A stretch of DNA of 47,106 nucleotides from Candidatus Amesbacteria bacterium RIFCSPLOWO2_01_FULL_48_25 (GCA_001773695.1 MEXN01000003.1:91547-138652); one strand, 5' to 3'; counted from the first letter of the stretch, positions 17,683 to 25,804 are shown. The notes: generated by a model from the sequence alone, not told the origin. Made by a program: numbers and translations.

Positions 17683-17763
17683 TTAGTTAGACTGGTGGCA
17701 TTTTTTGTCCTCCTTCGCCTAGGCTTTGGACGGACTACGAAGTGTTAGCTAAATGGGGTACCG
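17683..17763 (-). repeat. Displaced secA 3' end (KKCHQSN*) fused to the same arm; att-like site 2
   Basis: Minus strand AAA AAA TGC CAC CAG TCT AAC TAA; shares gtggcattttttg with secA 18672-18684 and the arm gaagtgtYagctaaatRgggtaccg with site 1. Confidence 0.8.
17707..17738 (-). repeat. GTAG-footed REP-like hairpin insertion (32 bp)
   Basis: GTAGTCCGTCCAAAGCCTAGGCGAAGGAGGAC; imperfect stem GTCC(G)TCC/GGAGGAC; absent from paralogous site 1. Confidence 0.65.
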
Positions 17764-17772
17764 TGCAAAAAA

Positions 17773-18522
17773 TTATTGTCTGGGAGAACATCTGGTTTCA
17801 TTTAGGCTAGATTTTTTTAGGCTGTTTAGATCGAACCTTACGTGCTCTTCTATGGCGGTACCAAGCCCTCCACTCTCCCAAGAATCTTTGTCGGGGCAGT
17901 TCTCCTTTGTAACTTGTGTGTCTACCCCTTTCCAATAGTCGAATTGTCCATTTTCTATGTTTATCGGCACGTTATATCCATCGCTAAATATCATTTGGCG
18001 TTTATATAAATCGTAGATCGCAATTTCCCTTAGTGGTGGTCCCGTACCAGAATCGATAAATAAGAAGTTATTGTATAATTCTTGATACCAATCTGCTCCC
18101 TCATTTAAGATTTCATAATCCTCTAAGTTTTTTGAGTAAATACAATTGAATTTTTGGTTTATAGTTGATTTGTACCTAATCAAGAAGTTGCCTGTTTGGT
18201 TATCAACGATTACAAAGAACTTGTCGTTTTCGTGACATTCGTCTTTTGAGGGGGTCGCCGTCGGTGAATCATTAGAGCTCGATGGGTATATAGTCGGGCT
18301 GATTTGGTAATATTTGGATACTATTAAAGGTGGTGGTGTAATACTGGACTTAATTGATCCGGTGGAGACGAGCTTCTCGTATTGTATACCGAGATAAAAG
18401 CCAGCAAACGGCAAAATTATAAACAAGGCCATGGCTAAAGTTTTGGATAAGGGGGTAACTGTGGTGAGGAATGTGGGCAACTTAATTGAATGTGACTCTT
18501 GCGATTGAATCTCTTGATCCAT
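17773..18522 (-). CDS. Membrane-anchored extracellular protein (cassette 1 cargo)
   Basis: N-terminal TTVTPLSKTLAMALFIILPFAGFYLG anchor, Pro/Ser/Thr linker, domain with 4 Cys; visibly AT-rich. Confidence 0.8.
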   Translation of the reverse strand: MDQEIQSQESHSIKLPTFLTTVTPLSKTLAMALFIILPFAGFYLGIQYEKLVSTGSIKSSITPPPLIVSKYYQISPTIYPSSSNDSPTATPSKDECHENDKFFVIVDNQTGNFLIRYKSTINQKFNCIYSKNLEDYEILNEGADWYQELYNNFLFIDSGTGPPLREIAIYDLYKRQMIFSDGYNVPINIENGQFDYWKGVDTQVTKENCPDKDSWESGGLGTAIEEHVRFDLNSLKKSSLNETRCSPRQ

Positions 18523-18659
18523 TAATTATTTATACCACATGGTTCCCGATGATTATTGGTAACTAGATCATTGAGGCTGGAGAATACAAAGAACAATTGA
18601 TGCTGTTTGTTCTTAAAACTACATTTTGCTTAACTGCTATATTACGCCTATGTATAGCC

Positions 18660-21392
18660 CTAATTTGGATAGTGGCATTTTTTGTATTTCTTTCCGCTGC
18701 CGCACCAGCAGGGGTCATTGCGGCCAAGTTTTTTGTGTTCGTTTTTAACAGAACCTTTTTGTAGATTAGAGAAGGCAGACATGAAGGCGGAAGTATCGGC
18801 TGGAGCGGCGCTGGGGAGGGCCATTTCCGGCTTGGTTTCGGTGGCTTGCCCCACTTCGCCAAAAGGCTTCGTTGGGGGTGCACTACCAACTTGGATTCTA
18901 AAGAGGCGCTTACCAAACTCGGTGTCGATTTGAGTTAGCAACCGCTCGAACATGGAAAAGGCTTCCGATTTGTATTCGACTAATGGATCGCGTTGGCCGT
19001 AACTACGAAGCCCAATACCTGAGCGCAGATCGTCTACGGCATCGAGGTGGTCAATCCACAAGGTGTCTATGGAGGACAGATAGGCAAATTTAACAATTTC
19101 TTTCCAAGCATCCTCACCAACCAAGGATTTATGACGGGTGATAGCATCGGAAATAATTTGACCTATCAAAGTGGATATGGCTTCGGCCGTGCCCAGACGA
19201 GAAAACTCCCCAGAAAGATTGTGCTTGGAGTCGTCATCGAACGGGACAATCTCGGCCAGAGCGTGGGAAATTGGCAAGACTTCGGATTCCACAATGCCAC
19301 GGGGGGCGTACATGTTAACTACGTTATTTAGTTGACTAGTTAATTTGCTGATTAGTTCAGAGTCTGTTATTTCGTTGTTTAAGACGCGATGGCGGAGACC
19401 GTAGACAATCTCGCGTTGTTTGTTCATGACGTCGTCGTACTCGACCACGCTTTTCCTGGCGTCGAAGTTAAAGCCTTCGACTTTAACTTGGGCCTGTTCT
19501 ATGGCACGACTTACCATACCGTGTTCGATGGGTTCATTTTCGGGGATTTTGAGAAAGCCCATGATTTTGGCTACCTGATCACCGCCAAAAATACGCATAA
19601 TGTCGTCGTCTAGGGCCAGATAAAACCGGGACGCGCCAGGATCCCCCTGGCGACCGGAGCGGCCACGGAGTTGATTGTCGATCCGCCGGGATTCATGACG
19701 TTCAGTGCCGATAACGTATAGACCACCTAAAGACACCACTTCGTCGTGGGCCTTTTTCCAGGTAGCTAGCGCCTTTTCATATTGCTTATCGGTGAGTTTG
19801 TCTTGGCCCAAGACGAATTTGGGGTTGAGAGGCGGGGTGCCGCCTAAAATAATATCCACTCCTCTCCCTGCGATATTGGTCGCTATGGTCACGGCCCCGT
19901 GACGTCCAGCCTCGGAAATTATCTGGGCCTCTTTTTCGTGGTTTTTGGCATTGAGAAGTTGATGAGGAATGCCCTTGTGCTTGAGAAGCTCGGAGACGAT
20001 TTCGTTTTTTTCAATAGAGGTAGTACCCACAAGAGTGGGCTGGCCACGCCGATGACAGGCGGCGATTTCATCGGCCAGAGCGCTGTACTTAGCCCGGGTA
20101 GTTTTGTAGACAATGTCCGCATTATCCTTGCGGACCATTGGCCGATGGGTGGGAATGACAATGACATCAAGGCTGTATATCTTTTTAAACTCTTCGGCTT
20201 CGGTGGCGGCAGTTCCTGTCATACCGGCGAGTTTGGTATACATACGGAAATAATTTTGAAAAGAGATAGTGGCTAAAGTCTTGGATTCCTGCTGGATAAC
20301 CACTCCTTCTTTGGCTTCCACTGCTTGGTGTATCCCTTCTGACCAGCGGCGGCCGGGCATGAGCCTCCCTGTAAATTCGTCCACAATGATTACCTGGTTG
20401 TCCCGAACGATGTAGTCCTTGTCGCGCAAAAATAGAGTGCGAGCTTTGAGGGCATTTTCCAGATGGTGAATGGTATCGAAATCCTTTTCGTAAAGATTGT
20501 CTATCCCCAGCAATTTTTCCACTTTTTGGACACCATGCTCGTTGAGGTTTGCGGTTCGGTGTTTTTCGTCTATGACATAATCGGTATCGGAAGATAAGCG
20601 TTCCACGAGCTTGGCAAAATCGTAATATTTTTGGGTGGGTTCGGTATCCGGCGCGGATATGATCAAGGGAGTACGGGCTTCATCAATTAAAATCGAGTCT
20701 ACTTCGTCCACTATGGCGAAATGGTGACCGCGTTGGGACATTTCCGACGTCGCTCCCACCATATTGTCGCGTAGGTAGTCGAAGCCGAACTCGTTGTTGG
20801 TGCCATAGGTGACATCTGCGCCGTAAGCCTCTTTGCGGGAAACCGGCCTCAAGTGGGCAAGCCTGTCGTCCCCGTGTGAGGTGTCCAAATACTCAGGGTC
20901 GTAAATAAACGATTTTTCGTGAACAATTACGCCCACGGACAAACCCAAGAGATGAAAGGTGGGGCCGTTCCAGCCGGCGTCGCGGCGAGCCAGATAATCA
21001 TTGACGGTAACCAAATGGGTGCCTTTGCCGGATAGAGAGTTGAGATAGAGGGCGGGGATAGCAGATAAAGTCTTCCCCTCGCCTGTTTTTTGTTCAGCCA
21101 CACGTCCTTCGTGGAAAGCCATGGCAGCTATTAACTGGACGTCGAAGTGGCGAAGACCGATAGCACGGTCCGAGGCTTCTCGGACGGCTGCAAGAGCCTC
21201 GGGTAAGAGATCGTCCAACGTGGCGCCATCGGCTAGACGATTTTTTAGATCCGCTGTTATAGCGGCAAAATCTTTAGGGGTTTTGAGTTTGGCAAGTTTA
21301 GTCTCAAAAGCGTTAATCTGACTGATTTTGGCCTGAAAACGATCGATTTCTTTTTGGTTGAGATCGAGAAAACGAGTGAGAAATTTAAACAC
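18660..21392 (-). CDS. secA: Preprotein translocase subunit SecA
   Basis: KTGEGKT, VDEVDSILIDEARTPLIIS, QLRGRSGRQGDPG, C-terminal SEC-C GRNDPCWCGSGKKYKKCH. Likely GTG start at 21392, 6 nt after TATAAT. Confidence 0.98.
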   Translation of the reverse strand: MFKFLTRFLDLNQKEIDRFQAKISQINAFETKLAKLKTPKDFAAITADLKNRLADGATLDDLLPEALAAVREASDRAIGLRHFDVQLIAAMAFHEGRVAEQKTGEGKTLSAIPALYLNSLSGKGTHLVTVNDYLARRDAGWNGPTFHLLGLSVGVIVHEKSFIYDPEYLDTSHGDDRLAHLRPVSRKEAYGADVTYGTNNEFGFDYLRDNMVGATSEMSQRGHHFAIVDEVDSILIDEARTPLIISAPDTEPTQKYYDFAKLVERLSSDTDYVIDEKHRTANLNEHGVQKVEKLLGIDNLYEKDFDTIHHLENALKARTLFLRDKDYIVRDNQVIIVDEFTGRLMPGRRWSEGIHQAVEAKEGVVIQQESKTLATISFQNYFRMYTKLAGMTGTAATEAEEFKKIYSLDVIVIPTHRPMVRKDNADIVYKTTRAKYSALADEIAACHRRGQPTLVGTTSIEKNEIVSELLKHKGIPHQLLNAKNHEKEAQIISEAGRHGAVTIATNIAGRGVDIILGGTPPLNPKFVLGQDKLTDKQYEKALATWKKAHDEVVSLGGLYVIGTERHESRRIDNQLRGRSGRQGDPGASRFYLALDDDIMRIFGGDQVAKIMGFLKIPENEPIEHGMVSRAIEQAQVKVEGFNFDARKSVVEYDDVMNKQREIVYGLRHRVLNNEITDSELISKLTSQLNNVVNMYAPRGIVESEVLPISHALAEIVPFDDDSKHNLSGEFSRLGTAEAISTLIGQIISDAITRHKSLVGEDAWKEIVKFAYLSSIDTLWIDHLDAVDDLRSGIGLRSYGQRDPLVEYKSEAFSMFERLLTQIDTEFGKRLFRIQVGSAPPTKPFGEVGQATETKPEMALPSAAPADTSAFMSAFSNLQKGSVKNEHKKLGRNDPCWCGSGKKYKKCHYPN

Positions 21393-21409
21393 GTTTCGAT
21401 TATACCTGT

Positions 21410-22015
21410 TTACTGGCAAACTAGCAGGAGGTTGGTGAGACTGCGAATGGGGGTGACCGAAGTGAAGTATTTTTTCAGCTTTTCGGCTAATTCGAGAGCA
21501 GCGTGTTTTTGAGAGTCAGAATGAAAGAGATGATTAAGAATTACTAATTGACCTAATTGATCTAATTGACCTAAAAATTTATTAGAATACACGAATTTGG
21601 GAATTTGGTCACCCAAATACAAATCAACCAAAATATAGTCGAAGTGATCTTTGGTCTTGAATAAATAGTCATTGGCGTCTTTTATAACAAATTTCAGGTT
21701 GGGGATTTGGTCGAGGCCGAAATGTTTTTTACCGATGGCGATCATTATGGGATCGATTTCCACACCGATTATTTTGACGGGCTGAGGAATGAGGCGAGCC
21801 ACAGTGCCAGTGGCTAAGCCTAAAATTAGCCAAGATTTTAGCTTTAAGTCGATGGTCTTTAGCTTTTGAAAAACTGGCTGCCAGACGTCTTTGATGATTC
21901 CCCCACTCTGGGTCCAGTAACCGGTAGAAACGTACTTATATCCCCAGCCTTGCATGACTTTGATCTTTCCAGAATATGGTGAGTCAAATTCTTCTAATAT
22001 TTTAGGCCCAAACAT
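21410..22015 (-). CDS. Spermidine synthase-like SAM-dependent methyltransferase
   Basis: LILGLATG, GVEIDP, DA, FDYILVDLY. Confidence 0.8.
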   Translation of the reverse strand: MFGPKILEEFDSPYSGKIKVMQGWGYKYVSTGYWTQSGGIIKDVWQPVFQKLKTIDLKLKSWLILGLATGTVARLIPQPVKIIGVEIDPIMIAIGKKHFGLDQIPNLKFVIKDANDYLFKTKDHFDYILVDLYLGDQIPKFVYSNKFLGQLDQLGQLVILNHLFHSDSQKHAALELAEKLKKYFTSVTPIRSLTNLLLVCQ

Positions 22016-22020
22016 ATATT

Positions 22021-23337
22021 CTATGCCTTGGGGAGAATTTTGTCTTTGCCCATGTAGGGGCGGAGGACTTCGGGAACCGTGACAGAACCGTCGGGGTTTT
22101 GGTAGTTATCCAGAATGGTGACGATCATTCGCCCCATAGGAATTCCAGTGTCGTTGACAGAGTGAACATATTTTTTTTGACCGGTATTTACATACTGGAT
22201 ATTCATTCGCCTGGCTTGGTAATCCCAGGCGTCGGTGTTGGAGCCGAGTTCTATAAACTCGCCTTGAGTCGGAAGCCAGCCCTCAAGATCGTATTGTAAA
22301 TAGGTAGCATTGTAGCCACAATCGCGAGAGCATTTGTTGATTACTCTGTAGGGAAGTTTTAGCTGCTGCATTAACCATTCATTAATTCCCCGTAAATATT
22401 CCATCATCTCCCGCGATCCTTCTTGTGTAGTCAGGGCATCTATTTCCAGCTTGTCGAACTGGTGGACACGTTTGACTCCCCTGACGTCTTTGCCCCAGGA
22501 GCCGACTTCTGAACGGAAACATTGGGTGTAAGCAAAGAATTTCTTTGGTAAGTCTTTTTCCTTGAGGGTTTTGTTCATGTAATAAGCAAAGAGCGGAGGC
22601 TCGGAGGACCCGACTAAAAAGAGCCGTTGTTGATTTTCCACATTGTGTGTTTCGATTTCGTAGACTTGATCACGGCCTTCTGGAAAATGGCTTGTCCCAA
22701 ACAAGACTTCTTCTTTTACTAAAACCGGAACGATCATGGGCTCAAAACCTTCGGATATTAATTTATTTTTAAAAAGTTCAAACAAGGCAAATTGGAGTAA
22801 GGCCGCGTCTCCCTTTAGGTAAGCAAAACGGGAACCTGAGGTCAGGGCACTTTGCTCGATATCAATGATGTCCAACTTTTTACCGAGGTCGACGTGGTGC
22901 AAGCCGGTCTTTTTTGGCATGTGTTGGGCGCTATTTAATCCTTTACCTAATTTGGATTTGGGCAAATAACCCTCGCTTGGGAGCCAAACAGCCAGCTCGA
23001 CGTGGTCCGGGTCACCGTTTCCTTCCGGCATATCCGGTGAGGACATATTTGGGATCCTCGCCAGTAAATCTCTTGCTTGCGTTTTGGCAATTTCCAAATT
23101 GTCTTCTAATTTTTTCAGTTTCTCTCTTTGAGCACGAAGTTTTTTGAGTTCTTCTGGAGTTGGCTTAGTGCCAGGTTGGAGATTGCGTAAAGCACGAATT
23201 TCCTCTACTTGTTTGAGCAGCTTGAGGTAGTGTTTGTCTGCTTCCAAAGCCTGGGCTACCGATATTTTGCCACCACGAAAATCAACGTTTTTTTGAACTA
23301 AGTCTGGTTGTTCACGAATAAGCCTGATGTCGATCAT
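22021..23337 (-). CDS. serS: Serine--tRNA ligase
   Basis: MIDIRLIRE coiled-coil arm, SGSRF, CFRSEVG, RVHQFDKLE, DYQARR, DGSVTVPEVLRPYM. Confidence 0.97.
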   Translation of the reverse strand: MIDIRLIREQPDLVQKNVDFRGGKISVAQALEADKHYLKLLKQVEEIRALRNLQPGTKPTPEELKKLRAQREKLKKLEDNLEIAKTQARDLLARIPNMSSPDMPEGNGDPDHVELAVWLPSEGYLPKSKLGKGLNSAQHMPKKTGLHHVDLGKKLDIIDIEQSALTSGSRFAYLKGDAALLQFALFELFKNKLISEGFEPMIVPVLVKEEVLFGTSHFPEGRDQVYEIETHNVENQQRLFLVGSSEPPLFAYYMNKTLKEKDLPKKFFAYTQCFRSEVGSWGKDVRGVKRVHQFDKLEIDALTTQEGSREMMEYLRGINEWLMQQLKLPYRVINKCSRDCGYNATYLQYDLEGWLPTQGEFIELGSNTDAWDYQARRMNIQYVNTGQKKYVHSVNDTGIPMGRMIVTILDNYQNPDGSVTVPEVLRPYMGKDKILPKA

Positions 23338-23951
23338 ATAGCTTGCTTTGCTAAATCTGATTCTAAACCTTTTAGATGGCTGGTGTCATTAAGATAAATG
23401 ATTTTGGCTGGGCTGTGAGTCTCCATTAGAGTAACGGCTGTGGGCTGCATAGCCAAATGCCATATTTTGTCCAAATCCAGTTTCAATAGATAGCAAAGTA
23501 TTACCTGAATAATATTGGCGTGGGTAACGGCCGCGAAAGTGCCAGGCTGGTTAGCCAGGTTGTCAAACCAGTTGATAGTCCTGGTGGCAGTATCCGCAAA
23601 GGATTCGCCGCCGGGAAAAGTGGCAAGGCTCGGGTGAGTCTGCCACTTTTGATAAAGGTCCGGCCAGGTGGCCTGGATTTGGGCTTTGGATTTGCCTTCC
23701 CACTGGCCATGGTTGGTTTCGAAAAGGGCTGGTTCGTCCGTGGAACCGCCTAAGGCTGCTGCCGTTTGGCGGGTACGTTTGAGGGGACTCGTAAAAACTG
23801 CGTCGGGCTTTTCTGACTTGAAGCGGTTTTTAAGAGCTTGGGTTTGAAGACGACCGAGGGGAGAAAGGTCCGTGTCATATGACTGGCCCTGATAAATCCC
23901 GGCAGTGTTGGCTACCGACTCAGCGTGACGAATAAGATATATTTTGGCCAT
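23334..23951 (-). CDS. Histidine phosphatase, probable metal-independent phosphoserine phosphatase
   Basis: RHAES, SPLKR, ETNHGQWEG, GGES, VTH, LNDTSHL...AI. Start at ATG 23951 directly after the leader terminator; overlaps the serS start by 4 nt. Confidence 0.85.
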   Translation of the reverse strand: MAKIYLIRHAESVANTAGIYQGQSYDTDLSPLGRLQTQALKNRFKSEKPDAVFTSPLKRTRQTAAALGGSTDEPALFETNHGQWEGKSKAQIQATWPDLYQKWQTHPSLATFPGGESFADTATRTINWFDNLANQPGTFAAVTHANIIQVILCYLLKLDLDKIWHLAMQPTAVTLMETHSPAKIIYLNDTSHLKGLESDLAKQAI

Positions 23952-23978
23952 GAAAAAAACCGCTGGTGTTGCGGTTTC
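23952..23978 (-). terminator. Intrinsic terminator of the T-box leader
   Basis: gaaaccgc aacacca gcggttttttt. Confidence 0.8.
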
Positions 23979-24080
23979 AGGTGCCACCTCAACTAATGCT
24001 CAATTTAAAGCTATTACGGGCTTTCCCGAACCGGTTTTTGACCCCGGTCAGCTTGACAGTTGGAAGCTGTCTTATACGCT
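23952..24080 (-). ncRNA. Miniature T-box riboswitch, serine-specific
   Basis: Stem GACAG-CUUCCAA-CUGUC with UCC; CGGG-AAAG-CCCG hairpin with downstream GCUUU; GGUGGCACC; terminator AAACCGC-N7-GCGGUUUUUUU; TATAAT at 24096-24091. Confidence 0.8.
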
Positions 24081-24689
24081 TTGTGTGTTGATTATAGCGT
24101 ATTTGGGGAGGTTTTGAAAGGGATTGTTGTCAAATGTAATATTTGAGACTTTGTCCAGAACTTCGTCTATTGAAATATGGTAAACGTCAGCAAAGATTTC
24201 AGCAGCTGCGGTGATGATTTTCTTGTCCCAACTAAAGCCTAATTTGGTTGCTATGTCCTTCACTTTCTCTTCCGATTCGGCTTCGATTTCCGAGTATGGC
24301 TCAAGTCCTGGCCAAGTATCTATGGTAATTTCTGCCCCTGCGTACTCCCAAGATTCTCTAAGTGTTTCCTGATATCTTTCGGGTTTATAGCCCATTTGTT
24401 CGAAGATTTGAAGAGTTTTGTCATAGTTACTTACTTCAACGTCCACTTCTTTTTGATCACTAAGTGACCCAGTCTGGGAAGCGTGGGTTTTGGCACTGAG
24501 ACTGATTAAATTACCTTCGTCTCGGACCCGAATGTAATGGCACTTAAATTCCTGGTGAAACCTAGCGTCAAAAATCGCCCGGCGCATTTTACGCTCGGGA
24601 ATAACTAATTTTGCACCAATACTCTTCAGTTTTTGACGGTATTTGTCTTTGTTTACCGGGTAAAACTTGGCTTCGAATTCAGTGTCCAT
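24072..24689 (-). CDS. CYTH-domain (triphosphate tunnel metalloenzyme) protein
   Basis: N-terminal EFEAK (ExExK), IRVRD, YQETLRESW, ITIDTWPGL, SEIE. Confidence 0.9.
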   Translation of the reverse strand: MDTEFEAKFYPVNKDKYRQKLKSIGAKLVIPERKMRRAIFDARFHQEFKCHYIRVRDEGNLISLSAKTHASQTGSLSDQKEVDVEVSNYDKTLQIFEQMGYKPERYQETLRESWEYAGAEITIDTWPGLEPYSEIEAESEEKVKDIATKLGFSWDKKIITAAAEIFADVYHISIDEVLDKVSNITFDNNPFQNLPKYAIINTQSV

Positions 24690-24805
24690 GGGTGAGTGTA
24701 TGATATACCCAACGTATTCCGGTTTGCAGTAGCAAACCGCGTCGGTTATATATCCGTCAACTCTCGTTTGATTGCAAACTCGAGTATGACGACTATACTA
24801 TTAAA

Positions 24806-25009
24806 TTGGTGAGAGTTACACTTAACACCGAACAGGCTAGAGGGCTGTCTAACTTTTTCTTTGATGTGGCGAAAGGACTGATCTTGGGAGGTATAGGACT
24901 GTCACTTGCTGTTCCATTGGCCGCACAGATATCTTTAGTCATTGTAAGTTCACTTGCTGCTTTGGTGTGTGTGCGTATGGCTCTTTACTTGCTACAAGAC
25001 TTTAAATAA
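24806..25009 (+). CDS. Small two-TM membrane protein
   Basis: LSNFFFDVAKGLILGGIG plus a second hydrophobic helix; TATACT just upstream; start TTG 24806 or GTG 24809. Confidence 0.7.
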   Translation: MVRVTLNTEQARGLSNFFFDVAKGLILGGIGLSLAVPLAAQISLVIVSSLAALVCVRMALYLLQDFK

Positions 25010-25013
25010 AAAA

Positions 25014-25121
25014 ATGGATCAGGAAAGACTTATTACTGCTGCCTATTTATTCTTGATAATTGGGAGTATGATTACGCTAATTGGGGCATTAGTGGTTTAT
25101 TTTTCTAAAAAGAAAAAATGA
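25014..25121 (+). CDS. Small single-TM protein (35 aa)
   Basis: Manual translation MDQERLITAAYLFLIIGSMITLIGALVVYFSKKKK; starts 4 nt after the previous stop. Confidence 0.65.
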   Translation: MDQERLITAAYLFLIIGSMITLIGALVVYFSKKKK

Positions 25122-25246
25122 ATATTCAAACCTTAAACAACGTATTATTCTTAATTGCCCTAGGGCTAACTTTGGCGTCGTTATATGTGGTTTTCTATTT
25201 GATACCCAAAAAAGACAGGCGGTTAAAAGAGAAGAAGCGACTATAG
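25118..25246 (+). CDS. Small single-TM protein (42 aa)
   Basis: Manual translation MNIQTLNNVLFLIALGLTLASLYVVFYLIPKKDRRLKEKKRL; ATGA overlap with the previous ORF. Confidence 0.65.
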   Translation: MNIQTLNNVLFLIALGLTLASLYVVFYLIPKKDRRLKEKKRL

Positions 25247-25804
25247 TCCAATGTTTGGGGCAATTGATTGCATGGCGGAGAGAGATATTTGGACAAAGTC
25301 TATTAGTTTGATGCCCAGTTTTTCTTCACACATGGCAATGTCTTCGCGTTTGGCGCCGGCGGCAAAGGATTTTTGGGGGAATTTTTTTAAGACGGATTGG
25401 ACAGATAGGTCGGATAGGCGTTTTGAAGGGAGAACCAAGGCACAGGCAACGATGAGGCCAGTCAACTCGTCGCAGCAGAAAAGAGACCACTGCATTTGAG
25501 TTTGGGGTAACTTGCCCTGATGAAACCAACCATGGGATTCGATTCCCTCTAATAATTCAGGATCCGTTTCACCCAATTCACGGATCCAATTGGCCATTAA
25601 TTTGGCATGGTTGCCTGGATCGTCTTTGGTAAATTCATAATCGCCGTCATGAAGTAGTCCGACAATACCCCACTTCTCCGCCGAGGCTTCGAAGTGCTGC
25701 CCTAGCGCTCGCATCACGGCTTCTACCGACAAACAGTGCCGGCGCAGGTTTTGATTCTGCATCTTACTTATGAGCAGCTCCCAAGCCTGGTCGCGAGTAA
25801 TCAT
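25241..25804 (-). CDS. HD-domain phosphohydrolase
   Basis: LRRHC, GLLHDGD, DELTGLI, FAAGAKRE; overlaps the lysS stop by 4 nt. Confidence 0.88.
   Translation of the reverse strand: MITRDQAWELLISKMQNQNLRRHCLSVEAVMRALGQHFEASAEKWGIVGLLHDGDYEFTKDDPGNHAKLMANWIRELGETDPELLEGIESHGWFHQGKLPQTQMQWSLFCCDELTGLIVACALVLPSKRLSDLSVQSVLKKFPQKSFAAGAKREDIAMCEEKLGIKLIDFVQISLSAMQSIAPNIGL

Noticed and set aside
16893-17763. Integron attC interpretation of the repeated sites
   Set aside because: An AGCTAAC/AGCTGAC resembles R'' but there is no matching downstream GTTRRRY, no long attC hairpin, and no intI in the window.
18563-18916. Alternative-frame ORF over the secA end (possible frameshift extension)
   Set aside because: secA is complete with its SEC-C motif in its own frame, and the product looks non-protein-like.
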